Below are positions 51,596-64,000 of a stretch of 64,000 bases of DNA, in pieces. Under the pieces are notes generated by a model. That model saw nothing but the letters and a program-made list of their open reading frames with translations. It ran no database searches and was not told the DNA's origin. Origin of the DNA: Camelus ferus (lineage: Eukaryota); contig NC_045697.1 of assembly GCF_009834535.1 (NCBI RefSeq), forward strand, positions 20,586,001-20,650,000, given 5' to 3'. Every line of letters begins with the position of its first letter. Within the stretch, counting starts at the first letter, position 1. Both the position numbers and the translations under genes were made by a program.

Positions 51596-52009
51596 ATTTA
51601 TAATTAATCAGAAATGGTGGAAGAGAATGTACTTTATATATGTGATTGGGGTAGGTTGAGAGGGACCAGGATAACTTGGAGGAAGCCGTGGTCCTGATGT
51701 GGAGATGTCCGGAAAGGACTGGCTATCCGTGGCCATTGACTGGTTGAAGTCTTGATGTTATTTTGAGGATTTCCTTTGACTGACTTGAATACAGACATAG
51801 AATACAAAATTCTAGGTTGTATTTGTGGAGGTGATTACGAATACGTTGATATGCTGGCTTGGTGAGTATGGTACTTGCTCTGTCAATAGCATCTTGATTT
51901 ACTTAGGATTTTGGTTTACTTAGTAGTCAATCAGTAGTAGTAGTAATAATTGGGTTACTTACTCTCTAAGGAACATTCTGTTTCCTTATTACTATCATCA
52001 CTACGACTA

Positions 52010-52272
52010 TATAACATTTATTGAAAATATTGAACGTCTGTGATATGTAGGCACTCTATTAGGCCCTTTCCATGGATTATCACATTTAATTTTGACAACA
52101 ACCCTCTAAAGCAGGAATTATTATTAATTTCCACTGTGTAGATAAGAAATGTAAGAATCAAAGAGTTTAACTAATATGTCCTAGGACAAATAGTTTGTAG
52201 GCAAATGAAAAACGACTTTGCTAATAATCTTGTCAAGGGTTCATGCTTAGAGCAGGAACTCTTAACAACCAC
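52010..52272 (-). mobile_element. MIR SINE
   Basis: 'aacatttattga...catttaattttgacaacaaccctct...tattatt...gataagaaa...ctcttaacaacc'. Confidence 0.75.
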
Positions 52273-52874
52273 ACATTAATAAGGTTTTTTTTTCTCATCA
52301 ATCATTTATTGGTATTATGAATATTTCAGGATGCTCTCCCAAAGAAGGGGAAATTTATTCTAGTGCACTCTAGAACTTTAGAACTTATTTTAAATAACAC
52401 GTGCGAAGATTACTTTAAGTGTCCTTGTGTATGCAGAAGTATACTGTGTATACTATAGAATCTGAATTAAGTACAAAAGAATGAGAAGTGTTCTCTTTTT
52501 ACCTAACATTTTTATTTTTTTACAAATATAAATATGATGGAGATTGCTTGTTTTGAAAAAGAGGCTAGTAACTTGCACAGTCCAGATTGCATTAATCTCA
52601 CTTATTTTCCTACTCATCCTTTCTACACCTACCTGCCCACAACCTTGATCCCAGTAACTCCTCCTTCTTGCAGTAATACCTTTGCTGACCCATATTTTTT
52701 ACATGACAATTACCTACCTGATCGCAATTTTTTTCCTGCATACTACACTCATATAATTTTTAAAACTTGATTTTAACTTTTTAAATATCAGGAATTTGTG
52801 TTATAACCACGTGTGGTTCTCCTTGAAGATCAATTACACAGGGGCTCACAAATACAAGTGTCTAAATTAGAAAT

Positions 52875-53115
52875 GTCATGAGCTTCAGATGCAGAAAACC
52901 TAGATTTGAATTCCTGCTCATCCATGCACAAGCTGGTGATCTGGAACTTCACATATTTGGGTCATATTTTCTTGGTTTCAGGGCCCACAAAATGGAGCAA
53001 ATAGTACTGTTGATGTTAATGGAATTTATAGTATAATCAGAGAAAAGGTATATGGAAGCATATTACAACTAAATATTATTAGTACGCTGGAATGTGTTGT
53101 GAGTAAATGTTTGCT
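52875..53115 (+). mobile_element. MIR SINE (diverged)
   Basis: 'acctagatttgaattcctgctc...agctggtgatct...aaaatggagcaaatagtac'. Confidence 0.6.
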
Positions 53116-53589
53116 AAATACCTTCACAATTCAATTAATGAGTTTATCAAGTGGGAAAAAAAGAATAAGGGGCAAAATATCTAAGGATGTGTCACGAGTA
53201 GACCAGGGTCCTTAAAGAATATTTTCTGCCACTAGATCTTATGCCCATCTTGTTGACTACTCTTCACAAAGCCAGGCTCACAGCAACTACTTATTAAAGA
53301 ATTGGTAATTTAATATACACTGTGGGGTTATTGGGGATTATTAATGTTAGTGAAGAGGAAATAGTCTAGTGTTTGAAGGATGAATATATTCTGGAAAAGA
53401 GAATATAGAGGGAAAGGTAAGAATAATGTTACAGAAGCAGAGAAACACCTCTTTCAGATTAGTTAGAACTATGAGTTACGAGATGCAAAAAATAGTGGAA
53501 GGGAAGCCTAAAAACTAATAAAAGGGACAGATTATAAAGGGACTTGAATGACAGGTTAATGACTAAGAAGTTTATGTTGAAACTAAAGA

Positions 53590-53805
53590 TAGCTAATATA
53601 TACGTGTACTATCTGCAAGGCACTGTTCTAACCACTAATCCTGTACTAACCTCATTAACAATTTAACTCTGACAATCACGTCTTAGATTAGAAAAAAAAG
53701 TGAGATACATGGAAGTTAAGTAGCTTGACCAAGGTCGTGCAGCTAGTCAGTGGTAGAACTAGTATTTGACCAAAAGCAGTCTGGTTCCAGGTCCGCTCTC
53801 TTTAC
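53590..53805 (-). mobile_element. MIR SINE
   Basis: 'aggcactgttcta...agttaagtagcttgaccaaggtcgtgcagctagtcagtggtagaac...gcagtctggttccag'. Confidence 0.8.
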
Positions 53806-53864
53806 AGTGTCATTCATTGCCCTGTGGAATAAGCAGTTATTTACTTAGTTCATTGGAGAGTCCA

Positions 53865-54905
53865 GTTACAGTTATCTTTTGTTGCATAGCAAACCACCCC
53901 AAAGCTTAGTGGCTTAAAACAAAACCTTTTTTATTTCTCATCACTGATCGATCAGTTCTTCTAGTTCAAGTGATGTTGGCTGGGGCAATGGAATTGATAG
54001 AAGGTATAAAATGGCCTCACTCACAATCAGAGCTGGCTGTTGGCTGAGGGCTTTGCTGGAACTGTTGGTCTGGGGCCTCAGTTCTTCTCCGTGTAGGCCT
54101 GTTCATGTGGCTGTTTGGGCTTCCTCACAGCATGGCTTGTGGATTCCAAGAAGAAGCCACACAAGAAAAAAAGAAGAGAATGTTGCCAGTGTTCTTATGG
54201 ATTGGGTTCAGAAATCCCAGAACACTGCTTGTGCCTTCTCCTGTTGGTCACAGCAGTCATGAAGCCAGAAGAGACTCAAAAGGAGGAGAAATAAACTTCA
54301 TCTTCAATAGGAAAATGATATGCATTTAAAGGGAGGAAAAAAATCTGTGATATATCCAGACAATAGAATATTAGTTAGTGCTATAAAGAAATGCTATATC
54401 AAGCCCCAAAAGACATGGAAGAATCTTAAATACATATTACTGAGCAAAAGACACCAATCTGAAAAGTCTACATACTATGTGATTCCAACTGTATGATGTT
54501 CTGGAAAAGGCAAAACTATAGAGACAATAAAAAGACTGGTGGTGGTTAGTGGGAATGGGAGGTTTTTTAAGGAAGTGAATATACTCTGCATAATACTATA
54601 ATATGGATACATGTCATTAGACATTTGTCAAACTTGTAGAATGTACAATACCAAGAGTGAACCCCAATGTAAACAATGGTCTTTGATTGATTATGTTGTG
54701 TCAGTATAGGTTCAGCACTTGTAACAAGTGTGACACTCCGGTGAGGGATGTTGATAATGGGGGAGGCTATTCAAGGGATGGGTAGGGGGTATATGGGAAA
54801 CTTCTGTACCTTCCTCTCAATTTTACTGTGAATCTAGGACTTCTCTTAAAAAAAATAAAGCCTTTAAAAAATTAATGGCAGCCCTCTCTGGAATTCTACT
54901 TCACA
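53865..54905 (-). mobile_element. MLT1 LTR split by an L1MC insertion
   Basis: 'ttgcatagcaaaccaccccaaagcttagtggcttaaaac...gggcttcctcacagcatggc'; resumes at about 54873 'aatggcagccctctctggaattctacttcaca'. Confidence 0.8.
54346..54872 (+). mobile_element. L1MC1-like 3' UTR
   Basis: 'tatgtgattccaactgtatgatgttctggaaaaggcaaaactat...ccaagagtgaaccccaatgtaaac...gatgttgataatgggggaggctat...caattttactgtgaatcta'. Confidence 0.9.
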
Positions 54906-55809
54906 TCTCAAGTTATGGGAAATATACAGCCATCTGTTGGACCCTAAATTTTCTGAATTTCTAATCATCATATATTGAGGAAGAAACATCTATTGTGAAG
55001 ATTAAGCATTCTTGTCTAGCTTTTCTATCATAAGAGGCTGTAACTAGCGTGTAGTGTAGTAAAGGCTATTATTTGAGCAACTGACTTTGATTTCACATAA
55101 AATAGAATGTACATATGACGGCCCAATAATAATGACATGATTATTATAGTGGTTCAGAAAGGTATTTCTAAACACTTGCTGATCCTTGCCAGTTTGTCTT
55201 TGCCACTGAGGAGTGTGAGATGCTGTTATTTAATGCATTTGACACTGGATTATAGTAGAATTAAATGCTAGTGGAAACAAAGTTCTGTTAATGGCTCTGA
55301 ATAATCTAAATGCAGAAATTATTCTAGTTCAATGGAGGGTAAAATTATAGGATGTTGAATTCTTTCCAACAAGATGAATTGGGAAGATGGGATATGGAGA
55401 TTAAACGCAGACTACTGTACAGGTTTGTACTATAACACCAGGAAGACAATTAGGCTGGAAGAGTGGGAGAGAAAGACAGAATTCTAGAACACAGAGAGGG
55501 GGATTCCAGTTCATTAACTATAGGGCTGTCATGGAGCTCACAGACTTTGTGACAGTATAGTGAAGATAAATAGTTCTAAAAACTCCTCCTGTTCAGTGAT
55601 AAAAATTCCAACTAGTGAAAAGATTTTTGCATTTGTGGATGAATGGTCTTTGCTGGATAAAACTGAAATGATGACATGTCAGCTCATTTCATCTGTTGTG
55701 AAGTTTTTTCAAGAAAAGTTCTTGACCTATTATGTTGTTTTCTTAAAAGAGGGATAGGTGATTAAAATATCTTACAATTTTTTGGCAGAATGTTACTATG
55801 CATACTAAA

Positions 55810-55900
55810 GCATTATTATATATTTGGATACATTATATATTTGCCTTTGGATTATTATATATTTAAATATATATTCAAATATATATTATATATTTGAATG
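55810..55900. repeat. TA-rich low-complexity repeat with a perfect 13-bp inverted repeat
   Basis: attcaaatatata-t-tatatatttgaat at 55873-55899. Confidence 0.8.
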
Positions 55901-56434
55901 TTGCTTACTAATAAGAATCTGTATTTAACTTCAAATCTGTTGTTTACTGATCACTTACATCTTCAACAATGTTTTCTTGAATAGCTGCATAATATACTGC
56001 ATCATGCTGGGCAGTGGTAATGTAAAAGTGCATCAAATCATCTCCGTCCTAGACAAACTGCACTCAGTCCAGTTAAGGATCTAAATGTGCCCAACATATT
56101 ATGACATGATCCTTTTAATAAAGTAATTGGGCCATATGTGGGCCATTTGGAGACCACAGGATTGGTCATGTTCTGGATTAGATGCTTTTAGGAAAAACTT
56201 CACAGAGGAAACTATATATTGCGGAATACGGGTGTTACAAGGATGTGCTAAAACATGGATAGAGGCACGGCAGTGCAAGAAAACATTAAGGATCTGAAAT
56301 GTTATTGATATCAGGGACGTGGGGAAAGAATGCTAGATGAAACTGGAAATATTGATAGAAATCATATGATAAAGGATCCGGCATGTCAAATCTTGGGAGT
56401 ACTAATGTCTTATGAGTGATGGATACTGTAGCAG

Positions 56435-56772
56435 ACAGGGTAGGTTAGGTTATATTGTCACAGGAAATGACACCATATTTTCGATGCCTAAAACCACAAC
56501 TTCCATTCTTCCCCTCACAAAACACATCCAATTAAGGCCATTCACCACACTGGTCCATGTTGTCCTCACTCAGGGTCCCAGGTTTATGAAACACCATTTA
56601 TCTGGCTCAACACTAGTTATAACGGTGGGAACTGTTTCTTAATACTTTTAGCCAAAAATGTCATGTGTCCTTTCTACTCGTATTTAACTGGCCAAAGCAA
56701 GTCCTGGGGCCATTACTGATCCTGAAGAAAAGGAAATGGAAACATTCGGTAAATGATAATACAATCTATCAT
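56435..56772 (-). mobile_element. Old MLT1 (K/L-like) LTR
   Basis: 'gtcctcactcagggtcccagg...ttaactggccaaagcaagtc...ttcggtaaatgataatacaatctatcat'. Confidence 0.6.
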
Positions 56773-57249
56773 AGATACACAGGGATTATTTACATGTTAA
56801 GAAGAAAGGTTGATGTAATAAATCATTTGTACCATCTCAAAATCATTTTGGAGTTCAGAAAGCATGGAATGGAGTTTAAGAACTTGTTGCTAATATCCAT
56901 GGTAAAAGAATCTGACAGTCATTGCAGTAGAGAACAGAGAAAGAAATTGAGTTCTTTTTTGAGGTGTCAAATTCTTAAAACTTAACAAATGACTGAAAAC
57001 TGAGCAAGAGAGCAAAATCTAGATTTTTTTTCCCAGTGTATTAAAGGTGTAGATATCAAAGTTGTTGGAGGAATCACTGTTTGTATAAGGGAATTAAAGA
57101 AAAGGAGAAGCTTGATTACTAAGATGATATTCCAATGCTAGAAAAAACATTCCTTAGCAAGACAAATAATTTGGACAGTTAGCAAAGCCTAGCCTTAGAC
57201 CATGAAGTTACATGCTTAATGTCATTTTATGCCAATTATTACTTATAAA

Positions 57250-57432
57250 GTTTTTGGAGTCAGGCATACTTGACTTGAATCCTAGCCTTAAGTCTTGCCA
57301 GGAGAATAGTATTAGACAAATGACCTTGCTTTCCTAAAGTAAGTTTGCTCGTACATATGATGAGGATAATAAAGATGCTTATTTTATAGGTTTGCTGAAA
57401 GCTATAACATAAAGCATGTATAATGCTAAATA
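57250..57432 (+). mobile_element. MIR SINE
   Basis: 'tttggagtcaggcatacttgacttgaatcctagc...tgaggataataa...tatagg'. Confidence 0.7.
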
Positions 57433-59917
57433 AAATGACATCAAATTACAATTCTTTATTTTAAAGTTTTTTCAAAAATTTTGAAAGATATTAATCTTTG
57501 GGTTTTGGGAATAATAAATGGGATTCCTGGGAGTTCTTGGGAATCTCAAATCACTGGTTTTCTGGAATTTCTTTAATACTTTATATGTATTAAATTTTGT
57601 GATAAATATATATTTCAATATCATGAAGACTATGTGCATATGTTGTAGATATTTGAGAGTAAAACCATTAGGAAGGAGAATATTAACACATATAAATGGC
57701 AAAGTTTTTAAAATGTCCAATAAAACCATTTACACATTGAAAGATGATATTGTAACGCTGAATACTTAGAAGTTATCATTTATTTCTCTCCAGATATAAT
57801 CTTAAACATGCAAAATATTAATTGCTTTATGTAATTGTTTTGGTCTTTGTTTCATGACATGTATGTCACAGGTAGAATTTTTTTTTCATTTTCTGTTGAC
57901 TGTTGAATTAAGTGTGTCTATCAAAGCGTCTCCATGTTCATCACTAACATGCATGTTGATTCATATAAGCTCGTTTCCATTTTTATGACAAAAATATTTG
58001 TCTGCTTACATTGATTTTGGTTCTATCTTTGAAATTGACACCATTTTTCTTAATTCAAAACTGTGATCATTTTCTGTTTCATGTGTGAGGGAGCATTCCA
58101 CAAGAACATTCACCCTTTCTTTCCTTTGTATTTCTTCTGTTAAAAACATTTGCAAAGAATTGTAGCCTAGAGCAAATTTTTAAGCACTGTACAATTCTAG
58201 TGAGCATTATTGGATAGTATTCAAACAACATATTTGATTGTACTAGCGAGGTTAACGGCGCTACACAGGATTATGTGTCGAAACTGACATTTAAGTACTT
58301 ATTTTGCTTCTAAAACTTATTATTTTTTAGGACACTACTCATAGAATTTGTATAAAGTACAGTATGTGATTAAACTTATTTGCTCTGCAGTAATGTCTCA
58401 ACATTTATAGCAGAAAAGTCCATGACTGGATCTATAGAACATAACAACAGCTACAAGTGAAAATCTGTGTTTCTCTTATGAGCTCCTGTCTAGATTCCCA
58501 GAAATGTCAACCTTAAGTTTTAATAATACTCTGCTCTTGCTTCAAATGACGTCAGTGCTTTCTTTGAACCAGTAACATCTCTATGTAAACTTTAATTCCT
58601 GTGGGATAATTATATTGTTAAGTGATATCACGTATTATTAAATATTATGTTTCCCTATTTTCTCATTTTATTTTTATCAGGAATCAGGATTAAAGAATCA
58701 TAAATATCCTAAGAATTTCTAGAAGCAATTTCCACATGGAAACATTAACTACCACATGTTAAGGACCCAAGAATGTTATATGCCTTTTTCCCTTCTTCCT
58801 CCTTATTTCCTTTTTCTCTCTCTCCTTGTCTAATAGTTTTTTCCTTATGATGATCATCTTCATCTTCACCACAGTTACTATGTATCAGGATAATATGGGA
58901 AAAGGCAGCTTAGGAGCCATAGGGGCCTGGTTTCCGCTGGGTTCTGCTACCAAATACATAATACAAGTAATACTAACACTGCAATTCTGAGAGCATTAAG
59001 TGGAATGTGTATTGGGACAGGTGCATAATACATACTCAATATATTTGACCACAGCAATCAGTAAGTGTGTCTATGTTTGTAAGCGTAGCAGACACACAGA
59101 CACTAGTGTTAGTAAATTAAGGAGAATATATGGGGCTAAATATTTCTTCTTTTTTAGTTTGAACACATTTTGGTAAGGGATTGACCTAGAGATTGTCACA
59201 GAGCACAATTCCACAATGGAAAAGTTCCCATGATTCAAATAATCACGGTGGTTTTACAGACATTTCTTTTGACATTATTAGCAAAATTTAAGGAAACAAA
59301 ATCAGGTCAATTACTGGAAAAAATAAAACTCCACATATGAATTATACTCTACATTCAAATTGCATACATCCCAATTTTGTATTACTTCTAAGGGTGCACT
59401 GTTTTAGGCGAGAACTGATGCTCAGAAAGACCATTATGAGGCATCACTGACATGCTGGAACATTAAGGAAAAAAAAGTGCAGTCATTCTAATTAGAATCT
59501 TCCTTCCAGAAAGCTGGAATTATACTTTGCTTTCAACTACAAGATTTGATATACAAAATAAATGTTTTCCCATCTTTATCACAAGAATGATGAAGTGAAC
59601 TAGCATTCTGCCTTCCCCTGTGGCTTGATCTTTCCAGGTAATGGAGGCTGCATGGACTTTCCAATGGTTTGAATGGAATCATAGGCATTATTAGCCTCAA
59701 GGCATTTAATGAGTGCCTTTCTGAGAAAGTTATTATGCATATTATTCATGCGTGTATCCATCTCCTTAAGAAAAATAATCTTATTTGGCAAAAGTAGAAT
59801 AATTGTTCGAACAGATTTTAGAAAAGAAAGAAAGAAATCTGCTGAGTCATGTGTTGCCCATCTCCACTATTTTTCCTGTGGCACAGGTATTCCTTCTTTC
59901 TTTCTGTCCTATTCCAG

Positions 59918-60069
59918 TGGAGCAAGCTGATCCAGAAATATTTAATGAGGTGAAACGTATTCTGCAGGCCACCCAGATTTGCCACCGAATAGCTCACTTT
60001 GCAGCAGAGACAAGATCTGTCACCTTGTGGGCCCTGAAATGTCCAGAAGACCACAGATCATTTCTATAG
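59918..60069 (+). other. Candidate terminal exon with an open frame (unidentified peptide)
   Basis: Strong acceptor 'ttccttctttctttctgtcctattccag|'; frame (V)EQADPEIFNEVKRILQATQICHRIAHFAAETRSVTLWALKCPEDHRSFL*; AATAAA at 60535 and 60557; no recognised homolog. Confidence 0.3.
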
Positions 60070-61674
60070 GACTGAACCCTCAGGGGGTTGAACAGACGAG
60101 CTTCTATTTTAGTAGTCCAAAAGGAAAAAATTGGGTATTCTCAGCTCTTTCTCAACCTTTGAAAAAATATATTCCAAATCATATATTGACCTATTAATTT
60201 GCATGTACTAAACGGTTGTTATACATTTTGTCAACATCTTGTAGAATTAGGGAGATAAGAAGAACTTATGGTTGAATCTTCTTTCACTGTATTTCTTTTT
60301 TAAGTGAAATTTATTCCATAGCATTTCAACCCTGTTCTCCTGGACTTAAAGATATGCTATTATCATATTGCTTATGAGACAATTTTTTTTCCAAGAACAA
60401 AGAGAGTAATTTTGAATGTTAAAAATGGGGTAACAAAGTACTTCAGATACAAATTTGATTTCAGTCTTATTCTTTTTTAGTGGCTGTATACTAAGTCTAG
60501 ATTTGCTTTAGTTTCAACCTCTTCCATAGACTTTAATAAAAGAAATATAAAAACCCAATAAAATTGCAGAGATTCCACATTTCAATAAGATTAGTACTTG
60601 GCTAAGTGTAGAATTTAAATTATTCATTTACTTCTGTCTTCAATTCAAGGCTCTAGTCATTCGACAAACACTTTCTGCAGACTTTTGCACACACAGATTC
60701 AAGGAATGTTTTCTCTTTGCGTTTCATGTGAGATTAGAGGCGCATCTGCCAGTCCTAGAAATAATACTACACAAAACAAAGACAAAAGCAAAAACTAAAA
60801 ATCCCCAAAGTGTATCCATCTTTGCCCAATTCAGTCATTCTTGCTAGTCTTCTTTTCAAGGAGCCAGGTTGTCCCCACCCATGCATAGGAATATGCAGCC
60901 AGTCATGACTATAGAAATCATTAGAGTTCTCTAAAATATGCCTACAAGAAGACTTAGGGCAAATTTTCTCTAGAGGTCTTTGAAAGTATCCAAACATTTC
61001 ATAGAATTTCTTAAAAGATTTAGGATTAAATAAATTCTTAATGACACCCTCTTGACTTAAAGTTCTCATATTAAACAGAAAAATCAGCCACCTTTTCCCA
61101 GTATTATCAATTTTTGTAGATTATTTTGAAGGATAAATGAGCTATCTGAACTGAAAATTTAGCTTTTGTGATGCATCAGACTTAGTCATCCATTCCCCCT
61201 CATTTTGTAGTTTATAAACAGACTTCCCTAGTCTATAACTTTGCTCCCCATCTACTTACAGCCTATACACTGTGACTCTACAAATACTGCTAAAAGAGCT
61301 CAATATTCCAAAGTGTGATCGTTACACACTGCCCCCAAACAAACAAACAAACCATCCATGAGTTGTGCTTGAGTCAACACGAAACTCTTTCTACAATATT
61401 GCAACTGACAGTTTACAGCTTACAAGACACAATTGCTATTTCTATATTCATAATAAAGACCCAACTTTGAATAAGCAAATGTAGGAGTATAGTGGCCATA
61501 GGAAAAGTAAAAAAAAATAAAATTGTAGATCAGTCTGGTCCTTCTTTCTGCCTGCACATTGAGTTCAGTGTAAACACCTTGCTCCCAGGAAAATTCATAG
61601 CCCACAAGATGATCATGCCATAAATTTGTCCTTGGCAATGGTATTTTACCAAAGAAAATCTCTTGACGTCCAAT

Positions 61675-61860
61675 GGCCTTAGAGGCATAGACTTGGATTT
61701 AATTATCATTCCCGTCACATTACTAATTATGTGACCTAATTGAATTTATTAATGAATCTATTCCTATTTTCTCATCTATGCAGATAATGTTTTTCTCCAT
61801 CAACAGTTGTCATGGAGATCAAATAAAGAGGATAGTTGGCATAAAAGATGTTGCAAAATG
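61675..61860 (+). mobile_element. MIR SINE
   Basis: 'agacttggatttaa...ttactaattatgtgacct...tattttctcatctatg...gttgtcatggagatcaaataa'. Confidence 0.7.
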
Positions 61861-62069
61861 AGGGGCAGAGAAAATACTGACAAAACCCACTAAGAAAAGG
61901 AAGTCTTTGCATATTTACTTGTTCTTTAATACATATTTTTGAGAGACATAACTAGGTCTGGCTTCTTTCCTGCATAAACAATGACTGATAAATGATAGAA
62001 TTCAGTAAACTTTTATTAGCTGAGTGCTACTTTCCTTTTTGAACTCAGCTTCTACCATAATTCCTTCCT

Positions 62070-62405
62070 TTCTTATGGCAACCAAGCTGCACTAGTTTTT
62101 CTGCTGTTCTTAAAACACATCAAACTCATCCCCATCTCAGGACCTTTCCATGTTTTATTCCATGAGCCTGAATTGTGCTCCCCGATATATTCAAGAGGAT
62201 TGTTCTCCTTGTCATTCAATTTGCTGCTTAAATATCATGTTCTCAAGAAGGCCAAGCCCCAGCCCCAATATCTAAAGCAACACACCACACCAACACTCTG
62301 CCTTCTGCACAGTGCATGTAGCCATCTAGCACTTCAATAGTATTTTTCTGTATCCCCCATGAAAAGAGAAACTCACTGAGCACAAGGATTTGGTCTATAT
62401 TGTTG
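62070..62405 (+). mobile_element. L2 fragment
   Basis: 'ctgctgttcttaaaacacatcaaactcatccccatctcaggaccttt...tgcttaaatatcatgttctcaagaaggcc'. Confidence 0.75.
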
Positions 62406-62439
62406 TCTTATATTTCTATCTCTGACTGCATTTGCTGAT

Positions 62440-62850
62440 TTATATTTGTGGCCAAAAAACATATGAAAAATTGTTCAATGCTATTCATGGTTTGAGAAAT
62501 AAACACCAAGATCATAATGCATATCCTACACAATAAATTGGTTAAAAAAATAAAAATTGTGGTAATATCAAGTATTGGAGAGACTGTCAAACACAGGCTC
62601 TCCTATATTGATGACCGAGTGGAAGTGTTTGCAAACATTTTGAGTAACAGTTTGACAGCATCCCCTAAAATTAAACTTCACATAAAACGGGACACAGAAG
62701 TTATATTCCAATTCGTGCATATAAAAGAGGAGACATGGGCAAGACTGTTCTTGGAAAAAGCAGGAAATAACCCAATTTTCCATCAGTGTGAGAGAGAATA
62801 AATAAACAGTGATCTATTCACACACGTAAAAAGTGACACAGAACTCTAAG
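62440..62850 (+). mobile_element. L1ME ORF2 3' end/3' UTR fragment
   Basis: 'aaacatatgaaaaattgttcaa...gtaatatcaagtattggagag...aacccaattttccatcag'. Confidence 0.7.
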
Positions 62851-63229
62851 TGAATGGTATATGGGTCAGAATTATCAACATAATTAAGCTGCATAAACCA
62901 TTACTCTCACTCTTTTGCTGATATCCTGAATTCAATAAATAATCAATATAAATCCATCAGGCCTCCTCCATATCTCATGAATCCTTACACTGGTCTTTAC
63001 TTTGAATGTCCTCACTGTAATTCATTGTATCAAAATATTTTGCATAAATTAATGGAAAAAATCCTCTTAGATTTCCTCTTAAATCACTCCCCATCTTCTC
63101 TGCCATGAAGTCCAAATTCAATCGTTTGCATTTTGTACTTTGTGTACCTGTCTAGTTATTTGTCCCTTCCCAGTCTGTAATCTAGGCTTACTAAAAAAAT
63201 TTACTTACATGATTTTGCCATTCCAGAAT

Positions 63230-63625
63230 ATTTTTACTTTTTCACCATTAGAATTGCTGTTTCTTCTACTTCAAATACACCATCAATAGTTCATCATCTC
63301 TGGAAAATATGTCTTCCATAAATTTAAGATCTCAGCTTAGCATTTTAGCTTGGACATCACTTTAGCTCTGAGCTCTTCCTTATCCTACTAAAGAACAGAT
63401 TCTTGTCCTTCCTATTTGTATCAAACTGCCCTTCCTCCATGAGACCACATCACATATATTACCCCTTTACTTGGTCGTATTCTTCACTAAATAAAGCCTT
63501 AATGAAGCTTAATCTATAAGATTAATCACAGAAAATGACTCCTATTTGTGGTCATATTCCTGATTTTTGGCAAGGTGCCTGGTACACAGTCATCCTTCTG
63601 TGTATTTGTTAAATTAATGAACAAA
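63230..63625 (+). mobile_element. L2 3' fragment
   Basis: 'tttaagatctcagctta...aaggtgcctggtacacagt...gtatttgttaaattaatgaa'. Confidence 0.7.
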
Positions 63626-64000
63626 GGAAAAGAGAAGTTTGAATCACAATGTGCAAATTTTTGTATTTGCATGTGGGTAAAGCAAAATATCTTGTGAACT
63701 CAAGTGCCTAAATGTGTTGAATGAATATATTAACCTCTCCTTGCCTGGAGTGCTCAAATTACTTCTATTTCTGTTGATACATATTACATATTTTTAGTTC
63801 TTTAAATATCCTGATATAAGTTTTGGGGTAATTTTTACATTTTTAATAATGGCTGGAAAATTGGGAAAGTAGGAAAAGCCTCTGGGTAATGCTCCATAAT
63901 ACTAACTAAAGTGATAATTGATCAAATGTTTATATGCAGCTGTTTTACAAATAAATGAAAAAGTACTTTGCAAATAGTAAAATACCATGTAAAATTAAGA

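Noticed and set aside
51815..51870. Isolated strong splice-like motifs (e.g. ttg|gtgagt at 51862; acceptors at 14062 and 58680)
   Set aside because: No convincing partner site or reading frame; such motifs are frequent by chance
55080..55800. Possible very old CR1/L3-like LINE remnant
   Set aside because: I could not identify diagnostic motifs by eye; needs an nhmmer/Dfam search

Overview
This is AT-rich, CpG-poor eutherian genomic DNA that reads as intronic or intergenic; I recognised no protein-coding gene, RNA gene, CRISPR array or CpG-island promoter. Two tRNA-Ala-derived SINEs resembling the camelid Vic-1 family, an L1_Art-like 3' end, and no recognisable Alu, BovB/Bov-tA, PRE-1 or SINEC copies point to a camelid genome (inference). 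Much of the window is old interspersed repeat: L1M, L2, MIR, MLT1/MLT2 LTRs, ERV1/ERVL LTRs, Charlie1 and MER5A. Family names are from recalled consensus resemblance, not a database search, and most boundaries are approximate. The ORF track is almost entirely chance or repeat-derived. The most notable items are a truncated class III-like provirus with an Arg-tRNA primer-binding site and gag remnant (11015-12016), an L1 with a twin-priming 5' inversion inside a multi-layer L2 nest (40862-43273), several enhancer-like repeat-free islands, and a few unassigned exon-like segments, the best being a candidate terminal exon at 59918. I found no convincing evidence of a novel biological system.
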